The notes beneath the pieces were generated by a model. The model did no database searches. It was not told the origin of the DNA and was given only the letters and a program-made list of their open reading frames with translations. From contig JBHHVU010000043.1 of the NCBI GenBank assembly GCA_046754465.1, forward strand, positions 1-27,331: 27,331 nt of DNA, given 5' to 3'. This document shows positions 27,230-27,331 of the stretch, piece after piece (the stretch's first letter is position 1; the number at the start of each line of letters is the position of its first letter). Origin of the DNA: Nitrospinaceae bacterium (GTDB lineage Bacteria; Nitrospinota; Nitrospinia; Nitrospinales; VA-1). A program made the translations under genes and the position numbers.

Positions 27230-27331
27230 GAAGTGATGAATACTACTCCCGGCAAATGGCGCGAATCAAGCAAAAAGACTTTTCACCCGGGCCGGTTGGC
27301 TCCAACGCCTCCGGAAGGCACCCAGGGCCAT

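Noticed and set aside
27098..27255. Assignment of the uppP leader to the NiCo (CAGGC...GGGACA) or yybP-ykoY (GGGAGUAG) riboswitch classes
   Set aside because: Only isolated words match. The required partner strands and spacing are missing, so the element is left unassigned.
27257..27272. Plus-strand TGGCGC-N5-AAGC as a sigma54 site
   Set aside because: The -12 element lacks TT, and no plus-strand gene is visible downstream within the window.

Overview
A gene-dense bacterial chromosomal window of moderate GC content with about 31 protein-coding genes. I saw no rRNA, tRNA, CRISPR array or transposase. Gene content and order suggest a Nitrospina-like (Nitrospinota) organism; this is inference only. 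Left part: the 3' end of a PflX-like radical SAM gene, a MazE/MazF(PemK)-type toxin-antitoxin pair with a palindromic operator, ispG, tig, a J-domain protein, pentapeptide and ankyrin repeat proteins, a Rieske ferredoxin, an orphan gene and two divergent SAM methyltransferases. Centre: an ~11 kb minus-strand housekeeping run, nnr-tsaE-lptC-lptA-lptB-rpoN-hpf-ptsN-ptsI-metK-Gfo/Idh/MocA-nfi. Right part: two paralogous unknown proteins flanking a Cys-type glutathione peroxidase, a eukaryote-type UDP-glucose pyrophosphorylase, a TVP38/DedA membrane protein, a secreted orphan with strong expression signals, and uppP. The best leads are (1) the unknown paralog pair with conserved cysteines around gpx, (2) a multi-branched RNA leader upstream of uppP with a mutually exclusive RBS-sequestering hairpin, (3) the eukaryote-like UGPase, (4) the secreted orphan and its long leader, and (5) a sigma54-type site ahead of the operon that contains rpoN.
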